Shown: positions 47,301 through 62,269 of the stretch, one piece after another
Position numbering within the stretch: the stretch's first letter is position 1
Layout: the number at the start of each line of letters is the position of its first letter
Origin: Eledone cirrhosa
Lineage: Eukaryota
NCBI GenBank assembly: GCA_964016885.1
Contig: OZ024753.1
Coordinates: 24,428,001-24,492,000, forward strand
Length of the DNA stretch: 64,000 bases
Reading direction: 5' to 3'
The notes under the pieces: model-generated
Database searches by the model: none
Told to the model about the DNA's origin: nothing
What the model saw: only the letters and a program-made list of their open reading frames with translations
Translations under genes and position numbers: made by a program

Positions 47301-50300
47301 GGACTAACACTGTATGTAACAGACAGACGACTAACACTGTATGTAACAGACAGAGGACTAACACTGTATGTAACAGACAGAGGGTTAACAATGTATGTAA
47401 CAGACAGAGGGTTAACTCTGTATGTAACAGACAGAGGACTAACACGGCATGTAACAGACAGAGGACTAACACTGTATGTAACAGACAGAGGGTTAACTCT
47501 GTATGTAACAGACAGAGGACTAACACGGCATGTAACAGACAGAGGACTAACACTGTATGTAACAGACAGAGGACTAACACTGTATGCAACAGACAGAGGA
47601 CGAACACTGTATGTAACAGACAGAGGACTAGCACTGTATGTAACAGACAGAGGGTTAACACTGTATGTAACAGACAGAGGACTAACACTGTATGTAACAG
47701 ACAGAGGGCTAACACTGTATGTAACAGACAGAGGACTAACATTGTATGTAACAGACAGAGGGCTAACACTGTATGTAACAGACAGAGGGTTAACACTGTA
47801 TGTAACAGGCAGAGGACTAACACTGTATGTAACAGACAGAGCAATGACACTGTATGTCACAGACAGAGGACTAACAGTGTATGTAACAGACAGAGGACTA
47901 ACACTGTTTGTAACAGACAGCGGACTCATACTGTATGTAACAGACAGAGGGTTAACACTGTATGTAACAGACAGAGGACTAACCCTGTATGTAACAGACA
48001 GAGGACTAACTGTGTATGTAACAGACATAGGACTAACACTGTATGTAACAGACAGAGGACTGACACTGTATGTAACAGACAGAGGACTAACACTGTATGT
48101 AACAGACAGAGGACGAACACTGTATGCAACAGACAGAGGACTAACGCTGTATGTAACAGACAGAGGACTAACACTGTATGCAACAGACAGAGGACTAACA
48201 CTGTATGTAACAGACAGAGGACGAACACTGTATGTAACAGACAGAGGACTAACACTGTATGTAACAGACAGAGGACTAACACTGTATGTAACAGACAGAC
48301 GACTAACACTGTATGTAACGGACAGCGGACTAACACTGTATGTAACAGACAGAGGACTCACACTGTATGTAACAGATAGAGGACTAACACTGTATGTAAC
48401 AGACAGAGGACTAACACTGTATGCAACAGACAGAGGACGAACACTGTATGTAACAGACAGAGGACTAATACTGTATGTAACAGACAGAGTACTAATACTG
48501 TATGTAACAGACAGAGGACTAACACTGTATGTAACAGACAGAGGACTAACACTGTATGTAACAGACAGCGGACTAACACTGTATGTAACAGACAGAGGAC
48601 TAACACTGTATGCAACAGACAGAGGACGAACCCTGTATGTAACAGACAGAGGACTAACATTGTATGTAACAGACAGAGGTTAACACTGTATGTAACAGAC
48701 AGAGGACAAACACTGTATGTAACAGACAGACGACTAACACTGTATGTAACAGACAGAGGACTAACACTGTATGTAACAGACAGCGGACTAACACTGTATG
48801 TAACAGACAGAGGACTAACACTGTATGTAACAGAAAGAGGGTTAACACTGTATGTAACAGACAGAGGACTAACCCTGTATGTAACAGACAGAGAACTAAC
48901 ACGATATGTAACAGACAGAGGACTAACACTGTATGTAACAGACAGCGGACTAACACTGTATGTAACAGACAGAGGACTAACACTGTATGTAACAGACAGA
49001 GGTCTAACTCTATATGTAACAGACAGAGGACTAACACGATATGTAACAGACAGAGGACTAACACTGTATGTAACAGACAGAGAACTAACACTATATGTAA
49101 CAGACGGAGGACTAACACTGTATGTAACAGACAGAGGACTAACCCTGTATGTAACAGACGGAGGATTAACACTGTATGTAACTGACCGAGGGTTAACACT
49201 GTATGTAACAGACAGAAGACTAACACTGTATGTAATAGACAGAGGAGTAACACTGTATGTAACAGACAGAGGATAAACACTGTATGTAACAGACAGAGGA
49301 CTAACACTGTATGTAACAGACAGAGGACTAACACTGTATGTAACAGACAGAGTACTAACACTGTATGTAACAGACAGAGGACTAACACTGTATATAACAG
49401 ACAGAGGATAAACACTGTATGTAACAGACAGAAGACTAACACTGTATGTAATAGACAGAGGAGTAACACTGTATGTAACAGACAGAGGATAAACACTGTA
49501 TGTAACAGTCAGAGGACTAACACTGTATGTAACACACAGTGGACCAACACTGTATGCAACAGACAGAGGACTAATACTGTATGTAACAGACAGAGGACTA
49601 ACACTGTATGTAACAGACAGAGGACTAACACTGTATGTAACAGACAGAGGACTAACACTGTATGTAACAGACAGAGGACTAACACTGTATGTAATAGACA
49701 GAGGAGTAAAACTGTATGTAACAGACAGAGGATAAACACTGTATGTAACAGACGGAGGACTAACACTGTATTTAACAGACAGTGGACAAACACTGTATGC
49801 AACAGACAGAGGACTAATACTGTATGTAACAGACAGAGGACTAACACTGTATGTAACATACAGAGGACTAACACTGTATGTAACAGACAGAGGGATAACA
49901 CTGTATGTAACAGACAGAGGACTAACACTGTATGTAACAGACAGAGGACTAACACTGTATGTAACAGACAGAGGACTAACACTGTATGTAACAGACAGAG
50001 GTTAATACTGTATGTAACAGACACAGGACTAACCCTGTATGTAACAGAGAGAGGACTAACTGTGTATGTAACAGACAGAGGACTAACACTGTATGTAACA
50101 GACAGAGGACTGACACTGTATGTAACAGACAGAGGACTAACACTGTATGTAACAGACAGAGGACTAACACTGTATGTAACAGACAGCTGACTAACACTGT
50201 ATGTAACAGACAGAGGACTAACACTGTATGTAACAGACAGAGGACTAACACTGTATGTAACAGACAGAGGACTAACACTGTATGTAACAGACAGAGGACT

Positions 50301-53300
50301 AACACTGTATGCAACAGACAGAGGACGAACACTGTATGCAACAGACAGAGGACTAATACTGTATGTAACAGACAGAGAACTAACACTGTATGTAACAGAC
50401 AGAGGACTAACACTGTATGTAACAGACAGAGGACTGACACTGTATGTCACAGACAGAGGACTAACAGTGTATGTAACTGACAGAGGACTAACACTGTATG
50501 TAACAGACAGAGAACTCATACCGTATGTAACAGACAGAGGGTTAACACTGTATGTAACAGACAGAGGACTAACCCTGTATGTAACAGACAGAGGACTAAC
50601 TGTGTATGTAACAGACAGAGGAATAACACTGTATGTAACATACAGAGGACTGACATTGTATGTAACAGACAGAGGACTAAAACTGTATGTAACAGACAGC
50701 GGACTAACACTGTATGTAACAGACAGAGGACTAACACTGTATGTAACAGACAGAGGACTAACACTGTATGTAACAGACAGAGGACGAACACTGTATGCAA
50801 CAGACAGCGGACTAACACTGTATGTAACAGACAGAGGACTAACACTGTATGCAACAGACAGAGGACTAACACTCTATGTAACAGACAGAGGACTAACACT
50901 GTATGTAACAGACAGAGGACTAACACTGTATGCAACAGACAGAGGACTAACACTGTATGTAACAGACAGAGGACGAACACTGTATGTAACAGACAGAGGA
51001 CTAACACTGTATGTAACAGACAGAGGACTAACACTGTATGTAACAGACAGACGACTAACACTGTATGTAACAGACAGAGGACTAACACTGTATGCAACAG
51101 ACAGAGGACGAACACTGTATGCAACAGACAGAGGACTAATACTGTATGTAACAGACAGCGGACTAACACTGTATGTAACAGACAGAGGGCTAACACTGTA
51201 TGTAACAGACAGAGGACTAACACTGTATGTAACAGACAGCGGACTAACAATGTATGTAACAGACAGAGGACTGACACTGTATGTAACAGACAGAGGACTA
51301 ACACTGTATGTAACAGACAGAGGACTAACACTGTATGTAACAGACAGAGGGTTAACACTGTATGTAACAGACAGAGGGTTAACTCTGTATGTAACAGACA
51401 GAGGACTAACACGGCATGTAACAGACAGAGGACTAACACTGTATGTAACAGACAGAGGGTTAACTCTGTATGTAACAGACAGAGGACTAACACGGCATGT
51501 AACAGACAGAGGACTAACACTGTATGTAACAGACAGAGGACTAACACTGTATGCAACAGACAGAGGACGAACACTGTATGTAACAGACAGAGGACTAGCA
51601 CTGTATGTAACAGACAGAGGGTTAACACTGTATGTAACAGACAGAGGACTAACACTGTATGTAACAGACAGAGGGCTAACACTGTATGTAACAGACAGAG
51701 GACTAACATTGTATGTAACAGACAGAGGGCTAACACTGTATGTAACAGACAGAGGGTTAACACTGTATGTAACAGGCAGAGGACTAACACTGTATGTAAC
51801 AGACAGAGCAATGACACTGTATGTCACAGACAGAGGACTAACAGTGTATGTAACAGACAGAGGACTAACACTGTTTGTAACAGACAGCGGACTCATACTG
51901 TATGTAACAGACAGAGGGTTAACACTGTATGTAACAGACAGAGGACTAACCCTGTATGTAACAGACAGAGGACTAACTGTGTATGTAACAGACATAGGAC
52001 TAACACTGTATGTAACAGACAGAGGACTGACACTGTATGTAACAGACAGAGGACTAACACTGTATGTAACAGACAGAGGACGAACACTGTATGCAACAGA
52101 CAGAGGACTAACGCTGTATGTAACAGACAGAGGACTAACACTGTATGCAACAGACAGAGGACTAACACTGTATGTAACAGACAGAGGACGAACACTGTAT
52201 GTAACAGACAGAGGACTAACACTGTATGTAACAGACAGAGGACTAACACTGTATGTAACAGACAGACGACTAACACTGTATGTAACGGACAGCGGACTAA
52301 CACTGTATGTAACAGACAGAGGACTCACACTGTATGTAACAGATAGAGGACTAACACTGTATGTAACAGACAGAGGACTAACACTGTATGCAACAGACAG
52401 AGGACGAACACTGTATGTAACAGACAGAGGACTAATACTGTATGTAACAGACAGAGTACTAATACTGTATGTAACAGACAGAGGACTAACACTGTATGTA
52501 ACAGACAGAGGACTAACACTCTATGTAACAGACAGCGGACTAACAATGTATGTAACAGACAGAGGACTGACACTGTATGTAACAGACAGAGGACTAACAC
52601 TGTATGTAACAGACAGAGGACTAACACTGTATGTAACAGACAGAGGGTTAACACTGTATGTAACAGACAGAGGACTAACACTGTATGTAACAGACAGAGG
52701 GCTAACACTGTATGTAACAGACAGAGGACTAACATTGTATGTAACAGACAGAGGGCTAACACTGTATATAACAGACAGAGGGTTAACACTGTATGTAACA
52801 GGCAGAGGACTAACACTGTATGTAACAGACAGAGCAATGACACTGTATGTCACAGACAGAGGACTAACAGTGTATGTAACAGACAGAGGACTAACACTGT
52901 ATGTAACAGACAGCGGACTCATACTGTATGTAACAGACAGAGGACTAACACTGTATGTAACAGACAGAGGACTAACACTGTATGTAACAGACAGCGGACT
53001 AACACTGTATGTAACAGACAGAGGACTAACACTGTATGCAACAGACAGAGGACGAACCCTGTATGTAACAGACAGAGGACTAACATTGTATGTAACAGAC
53101 AGAGGTTAACACTGTATGTAACAGACAGAGGACAAACACTGTATGTAACAGACAGACGACTAACACTGTATGTAACAGACAGAGGACTAACACTGTATGT
53201 AACAGACAGCGGACTAACACTGTATGTAACAGACAGAGGACTAACACTGTATGTAACAGAAAGAGGGTTAACACTGTATGTAACAGACAGAGGACTAACC

Positions 53301-56300
53301 CTGTATGTAACAGACAGAGGACTAACACGATATGTAACAGACAGAGGACTAACACTGTATGTAACAGACAGCGGACTAACACTGTATGTAACAGACAGAG
53401 GACTAACACTGTATGTAACAGACAGAGGTCTAACTCTATATGTAACAGACAGAGGACTAACACGATATGTAACAGACAGAGGACTAACACTGTATGTAAC
53501 AGACAGAGAACTAACACTATATGTAACAGACGGAGGACTAACACTGTATGTAACAGACAGAGGACTAACCCTGTATGTAACAGACGGAGGATTAACACTG
53601 TATGTAACTGACCGAGGGTTAACACTGTATGTAACAGACAGAAGACTAACACTGTATGTAATAGACAGAGGAGTAACACTGTATGTAACAGACAGAGGAT
53701 AAACACTGTATGTAACAGACAGAGGACTAACACTGTATGTAACAGACAGAGGACTAACACTGTATGTAACAGACAGAGTACTAACACTGTATGTAACAGA
53801 CAGAGGACTAACACTGTATATAACAGACAGAGGATAAACACTGTATGTAACAGACAGAAGACTAACACTGTATGTAATAGACAGAGGAGTAACACTGTAT
53901 GTAACAGACAGAGGATAAACACTGTATGTAACAGTCAGAGGACTAACACTGTATGTAACACACAGTGGACCAACACTGTATGCAACAGACAGAGGACTAA
54001 TACTGTATGTAACAGACAGAGGACTAACACTGTATGTAACAGACAGAGGACTAACACTGTATGTAACAGACAGAGGACTAACACTGTATGTAACAGACAG
54101 AGGACTAACACTGTATGTAATAGACAGAGGAGTAAAACTGTATGTAACAGACAGAGGATAAACACTGTATGTAACAGACGGAGGACTAACACTGTATTTA
54201 ACAGACAGTGGACAAACACTGTATGCAACAGACAGAGGACTAATACTGTATGTAACAGACAGAGGACTAACACTGTATGTAACATACAGAGGACTAACAC
54301 TGTATGTAACAGACAGAGGGATAACACTGTATGTAACAGACAGAGGACTAACACTGTATGTAACAGACAGAGGACTAACACTGTATGTAACAGACAGAGG
54401 ACTAACACTGTATGTAACAGACAGAGGTTAATACTGTATGTAACAGACACAGGACTAACCCTGTATGTAACAGAGAGAGGACTAACTGTGTATGTAACAG
54501 ACAGAGGACTAACACTGTATGTAACAGACAGAGGACTGACACTGTATGTAACAGACAGAGGACTAACACTGTATGTAACAGACAGAGGACTAACACTGTA
54601 TGTAACAGACAGCTGACTAACACTGTATGTAACAGACAGAGGACTAACACTGTATGTAACAGACAGAGGACTAACACTGTATGTAACAGACAGAGGACTA
54701 ACACTGTATGTAACAGACAGAGGACTAACACTGTATGCAACAGACAGAGGACGAACACTGTATGCAACAGACAGAGGACTAATACTGTATGTAACAGACA
54801 GAGAACTAACACTGTATGTAACAGACAGAGGACTAACACTGTATGTAACAGACAGAGGACTGACACTGTATGTCACAGACAGAGGACTAACAGTGTATGT
54901 AACTGACAGAGGACTAACACTGTATGTAACAGACAGAGAACTCATACCGTATGTAACAGACAGAGGGTTAACACTGTATGTAACAGACAGAGGACTAACC
55001 CTGTATGTAACAGACAGAGGACTAACTGTGTATGTAACAGACAGAGGAATAACACTGTATGTAACATACAGAGGACTGACATTGTATGTAACAGACAGAG
55101 GACTAAAACTGTATGTAACAGACAGCGGACTAACACTGTATGTAACAGACAGAGGACTAACACTGTATGTAACAGACAGAGGACTAACACTGTATGTAAC
55201 AGACAGAGGACGAACACTGTATGCAACAGACAGCGGACTAACACTGTATGTAACAGACAGAGGACTAACACTGTATGCAACAGACAGAGGACTAACACTC
55301 TATGTAACAGACAGAGGACTAACACTGTATGTAACAGACAGAGGACTAACACTGTATGCAACAGACAGAGGACTAACACTGTATGTAACAGACAGAGGAC
55401 GAACACTGTATGTAACAGACAGAGGACTAACACTGTATGTAACAGACAGAGGACTAACACTGTATGTAACAGACAGACGACTAACACTGTATGTAACAGA
55501 CAGAGGACTAACACTGTATGCAACAGACAGAGGACGAACACTGTATGCAACAGACAGAGGACTAATACTGTATGTAACAGACAGCGGACTAACACTGTAT
55601 GTAACAGACAGAGGGCTAACACTGTATGTAACAGACAGAGGACTAACACTGTATGTAACAGACAGCGGACTAACAATGTATGTAACAGACAGAGGACTGA
55701 CACTGTATGTAACAGACAGAGGACTAACACTGTATGTAACAGACAGAGGACTAACACTGTATGTAACAGACAGAGGGTTAACACTGTATGTAACAGACAG
55801 AGGGTTAACTCTGTATGTAACAGACAGAGGACTAACACGGCATGTAACAGACAGAGGACTAACACTGTATGTAACAGACAGAGGGTTAACTCTGTATGTA
55901 ACAGACAGAGGACTAACACGGCATGTAACAGACAGAGGACTAACACTGTATGTAACAGACAGAGGACTAACACTGTATGCAACAGACAGAGGACGAACAC
56001 TGTATGTAACAGACAGAGGACTAGCACTGTATGTAACAGACAGAGGGTTAACACTGTATGTAACAGACAGAGGACTAACACTGTATGTAACAGACAGAGG
56101 GCTAACACTGTATGTAACAGACAGAGGACTAACATTGTATGTAACAGACAGAGGGCTAACACTGTATGTAACAGACAGAGGGTTAACACTGTATGTAACA
56201 GGCAGAGGACTAACACTGTATGTAACAGACAGAGCAATGACACTGTATGTCACAGACAGAGGACTAACAGTGTATGTAACAGACAGAGGACTAACACTGT

Positions 56301-57330
56301 TTGTAACAGACAGCGGACTCATACTGTATGTAACAGACAGAGGGTTAACACTGTATGTAACAGACAGAGGACTAACCCTGTATGTAACAGACAGAGGACT
56401 AACTGTGTATGTAACAGACATAGGACTAACACTGTATGTAACAGACAGAGGACTGACACTGTATGTAACAGACAGAGGACTAACACTGTATGTAACAGAC
56501 AGAGGACGAACACTGTATGCAACAGACAGAGGACTAACGCTGTATGTAACAGACAGAGGACTAACACTGTATGCAACAGACAGAGGACTAACACTGTATG
56601 TAACAGACAGAGGACGAACACTGTATGTAACAGACAGAGGACTAACACTGTATGTAACAGACAGAGGACTAACACTGTATGTAACAGACAGACGACTAAC
56701 ACTGTATGTAACGGACAGCGGACTAACACTGTATGTAACAGACAGAGGACTCACACTGTATGTAACAGATAGAGGACTAACACTGTATGTAACAGACAGA
56801 GGACTAACACTGTATGCAACAGACAGAGGACGAACACTGTATGTAACAGACAGAGGACTAATACTGTATGTAACAGACAGAGTACTAATACTGTATGTAA
56901 CAGACAGAGGACTAACACTGTATGTAACAGACAGAGGACTAACACTCTATGTAACAGACAGCGGACTAACAATGTATGTAACAGACAGAGGACTGACACT
57001 GTATGTAACAGACAGAGGACTAACACTGTATGTAACAGACAGAGGACTAACACTGTATGTAACAGACAGAGGGTTAACACTGTATGTAACAGACAGAGGA
57101 CTAACACTGTATGTAACAGACAGAGGGCTAACACTGTATGTAACAGACAGAGGACTAACATTGTATGTAACAGACAGAGGGCTAACACTGTATATAACAG
57201 ACAGAGGGTTAACACTGTATGTAACAGGCAGAGGACTAACACTGTATGTAACAGACAGAGCAATGACACTGTATGTCACAGACAGAGGACTAACAGTGTA
57301 TGTAACAGACAGAGGACTAACACTGTATGT
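44340..57330 (+). repeat. Higher-order tandem repeat of ~4.4 kb, three copies (offsets 4318-4399 and 4426 bp)
   Basis: Near-identical ORFs at 45110/49509/53935, 45577/49976/54402, 48654/53080, 50516/54942 and 50874/55300. Shared markers AACAGTCAG, ACACACAGTGGACC, CAGCTGACT and GACATAGG. Confidence 0.9.
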
Positions 57331-57930
57331 AACAGACAGAGGACTCACACTGTATGTAACAGATAGAGGACTAACACTGTATGTAACAGACAGAGGACTA
57401 ACACTGTATGCAACAGACAGAGGACGAACACTGTATGTAACAGACAGAGGACTAATACTGTATGTAACAGACAGAGTACTAATACTGTATGTAACAGACA
57501 GAGGACTAACACTGTATGTAACAGACAGAGGACTAACACTCTATGTAACAGACAGCGGACTAACAATGTATGTAACAGACAGAGGACTGACACTGTATGT
57601 AACAGACAGAGGACTAACACTGTATGTAACAGACAGAGGACTAACACTGTATGTAACAGACAGAGGGTTAACACTGTATGTAACAGACAGAGGACTAACA
57701 CTGTATGTAACAGACAGAGGGCTAACACTGTATGTAACAGACAGAGGACTAACATTGTATGTAACAGACAGAGGGCTAACACTGTATATAACAGACAGAG
57801 GGTTAACACTGTATGTAACAGGCAGAGGACTAACACTGTATGTAACAGACAGAGCAATGACACTGTATGTCACAGACAGAGGACTAACAGTGTATGTAAC
57901 AGACAGAGGACTAACACTGTATGTAACAGA
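56745..57930 (+). repeat. Tandem duplication of 22 monomers (594 bp)
   Basis: Identical 172-aa ORFs at 56751-57269 and 57345-57863. GGACTCACAC..AGATAGAGG and AGAGTACTAAT markers are repeated at 594 bp. Confidence 0.85.
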
Positions 57931-60900
57931 CAGCGGACTCATACTGTATGTAACAGACAGAGGGTTAACACTGTATGTAACAGACAGAGGACTAACCCTG
58001 TATGTAACAGACAGAGGACTAACTGTGTATGTAACAGACATAGGACTAACACTGTATGTAACAGACAGAGGACTGACACTGTATGTAACAGACAGAGGAC
58101 TAACACTGTATGTAACAGACAGAGGACTAACACTGTATGTAACAGACAGAGGACTAACACTGTATGTAACAGACAGAGGACTAACACTGTATGCAACAGA
58201 CAGAGGACTAACACTGTATGTAACAGACAGAGGACGAACACTGTATGTAACAGACAGAGGACTAACACTGTATGTAACAGACAGAGGACTAACACTGTAT
58301 GTAACAGACAGACGACTAACACTGTATGTAACGGACAGCGGACTAACACTGTATGTAACAGACAGAGGACTCACACTGTATGTAACAGACAGAGGGTTAA
58401 CACTGTATGTAACAGACAGAGGACTAACCCTGTATGTAACAGACAGAGGACTAACTGTGTATGTAACAGACAGAGGACTAACACTGTATGTAACAGACAG
58501 AGGACTGAGATTGTATGTAACAGACAGAGGACTAACACTGTATGTAACAGACAGCGGACTAACACTGTATGTAACAGACAGAGGACTAACACTGTATCTA
58601 ACAGACAGAGGACTAACACTGTGTGTAACAGACAGAGGACGAACACTGTATGCAACAGACAGTGGACTAATACTGTATGTAACAGACAGAGGTCTAACAC
58701 TGTATGTAACAGACAGAGGACTAACACTGTATGTAACAGACAGACGACTAACACTGTATGTAAAAGACAGCGGACTAACACTGTATGTAACAGACAGAGG
58801 ACTAACACTGTATGTAACAGACAGAGGACTAACACTGTGTGTAACAGACAGAGGACTAACACTTTATGCAACAGAGAGAGGACGAACACTGTATGTAACA
58901 GACAGAGGACTAATACTGTATGTAACAGACAGAGTACTAACACTGTATGTAACAGACAGAGGACTAACACTGTATGTAACAGACAGCGGACTAACACTGT
59001 ATGTAACAGACTGAGGACTGACACTGTATGTAACAGACAGAGGACTAACACTGTATGTAACAGACAGAGGACTAAAACTGTATGTAACAGACAAAGGATT
59101 AACACTGTATGTAACAAACAGAGGACTAACACTGTGTGCAACAGACAGAGGAGTAACACTGTATGTAACAGACAGAAGATAAACACTGTATATAACAGAC
59201 AGAGGACTAACACTGTATGTAACAGACAGTGGACTAACACTGTATGCAACAGACAGAGGACCAATACTGTATGTAACAGACAGAGGACTAACACTGTATG
59301 TAACAGACAGAGGACTAACACTGTATGTAACAGACAGAGGACTAACACTGTATGTAACAGACAGAGGACTAACACTGTATGTAATAGACAGAGGAGTAAA
59401 ACTGTATGTAACAGACAGAGCATAAACACTGTATGTAACAGACAGAGGACTAACACTGTATGTAACAGACAGTGGACTAACACTGTATGCAACATACAGA
59501 GGACTAATACTGTATGTAACAGACAGAGGACTAACACTGTATGTAGCAGACAGAGGACTAAGACTGTATGTAACAGACAGAGGACTAACACTGTATGTAA
59601 CAGACAGAGGACTAACACTGTATGTAACAGACAGCGGACTAACAATGTTTGTAACAGACAGAGGACTGACACTGTATGTCACAGACAGAGGACTAACACA
59701 GTATGTAACAGACAGAGAACTCATACTGTATGTAACAGACAGAGGGTTAACACTGTATGTAACAGACAGAGGACTAACCCTGGATGTAACAGACAGAGGA
59801 CTAACTGTGTATGTAACAGACAGAGGAATAACACTGTATGTAACATACAGAGGACTGACACTGTATGTAACAGACAGAGGACTAACACTGTATGTAACAG
59901 ACGGAGGACTAACACTGTATGTAACAGACAGAGGATTAACACTGTATGTAACAGACAGAGGACTAACACTGTATGTAACAGACAGAGGACTAACACTGTA
60001 TGCCACAGACAGAGGACTAACACTGTATGTAACAGACAGAGGACAAACACTGTAACAGACAGAGGACTAACACTGTATGTAACAGACAGACGACTAACAC
60101 TGTATGTAACAGACAGCGGACTAACACTGTAAGTAACAGACAGAGGACTAACACTGTATGTAACAGACAGAGGACTAACACTGTATGTAACAGACAGAGG
60201 ACTAACACTGTATGCAACAGACAGAGGACGAACCATGTATGTAACAGACAGAGGACTAACATTGTATGTAACAGACAGAGGTTAACACTGTATGTAACAG
60301 ACAGAGGACTAACACTGTATGTAACAGACAGACGACTAACACTGTATGTAACAGACAGAGGACTAACACTGTATGTAACAGACAGCGGACTAACACTGTA
60401 TGTAACAGACAGAGGACTGACACTGTATGTAACAGACAGAGGACTAACACTGTATGTAACAGAAAGAGGGTTAACACTGTATGTAACAAACAGAGGACTA
60501 ACCCTGTATGTAACAGACAGAGGACTAACACGATATGTAACAGACAGAGGACTAACACTGTATGTAACAGACAGCGGACTAACACTGTATGTAACAGACA
60601 GAGGACTAACACTGTATGTAACAGACAGAGGTCTAACTCTATATGTAACAGACAGAGGACTAACACGATATGTAACAGACAGAGGACTAACACTGTATGT
60701 AACAGACAGAGAACTAACACTATATGTAACAGACGGAGGACTAACACTGTATGTAACAGACAGAGGACTAACCCTGTATGTAACAGACGGAGGATTAACA
60801 CTGTATGTAACTGACCGAGGGTTAACACTGTGTGTAACAGACAGAAGACTAACACTGTATGTAATAGACAGAGGAGTAACACTGTATGTAACAGACAGAG

Positions 60901-62269
60901 GATAAACACTGTATGTAACAGACAGAGGACTAACACTGTATGTAACAGACAGAGGACTAACACTGTATGTAACAGACAGAGTACTAACACTGTATGTAAC
61001 AGACAGAGGACTAACACTGTATGTAACAGACAGAGGATAAACACTGTATGTAACAGACAGAAGACTAACACTGTATGTAACAGACAGAGGACTGACACGG
61101 TATGTAACTGACAGAGGACTAACACTGTATGTAACAGACAGAGGACTAACACTGTATGTAACAGACAGAGGGTTAACACTGTATGTAACAGACAGAGGAC
61201 TAACACTGTATTTAACAGACAGTGGACAAACACTGTATGCAACAGACAGAGGACTAATACTGTATGTAACAGACAGAGGACTAACACTGTATGTAGCAGA
61301 CAGAGGACTAAGACTGTATGTAACAGACAGAGGACTAACACTATATGTAACACACAGTGGACCAACACTGTATGCAACAGACAGAGGACTAATACTGCAT
61401 GTAACAGACAGAGGACTAACACTGTATGTAACAGACAGAGGACTAACACTGTATGTAACAGACAGAGGACTAACACTGTATGTAACAGACAGAGGACTAA
61501 CACTGTATGTAACAGACAGAGGACTAACACTGTATGTAATAGACAGAGGAGTAAAACTGTATGTAACAGACAGAGGATAAACACTGTATGTAACAGACAG
61601 AGGACTAACACTGTATTTAACAGACAGTGGACAAACACTGTATGCAACAGACAGAGGACTAATACTGTATGTAACAGACAGAGGACTAACACTGTATGTA
61701 GCAGACAGAGGACTTAGACTGTATGTAACAGACAGAGGACTAACACTGTATATAACAGACAGAAGGCTAACACTGTATGTAACAGACAGAGGACTAACAC
61801 TGTATGTAACAGACAGAGGACTGACACGGTATGTAACAGACAGAGGACTAACACTGTATGTAACAGACAGAGGACTAACACTGTATGTAACAGACAGAGG
61901 GTTAACACTGTATGTAACAGACAGAGGACTAACACTGTATGTAACAGACAGCGGACTAACAATGTATGTAACAGACAGAGGACTGACACTGTATGTCACA
62001 GACAGAGGACTAACACTGTATGTAACAGACAGAGAACTCATACAGTATGTAACAGACAGAGGGTTAACACTGTATGTAACAGACAGAGGACTAACCCTGG
62101 ATGTAACAGACAGAGAACTAACTGTGTATGTAACAGACAGAGGACTAACACTGTATGTAACATACAGAGGACTGACACTGTATGTAACAGACAGAGGACT
62201 AACACTGTATGTAACAGACAGAGGACTAACACTGTATGTAACAGACAGTGGACTAACACTGTACGTAAC

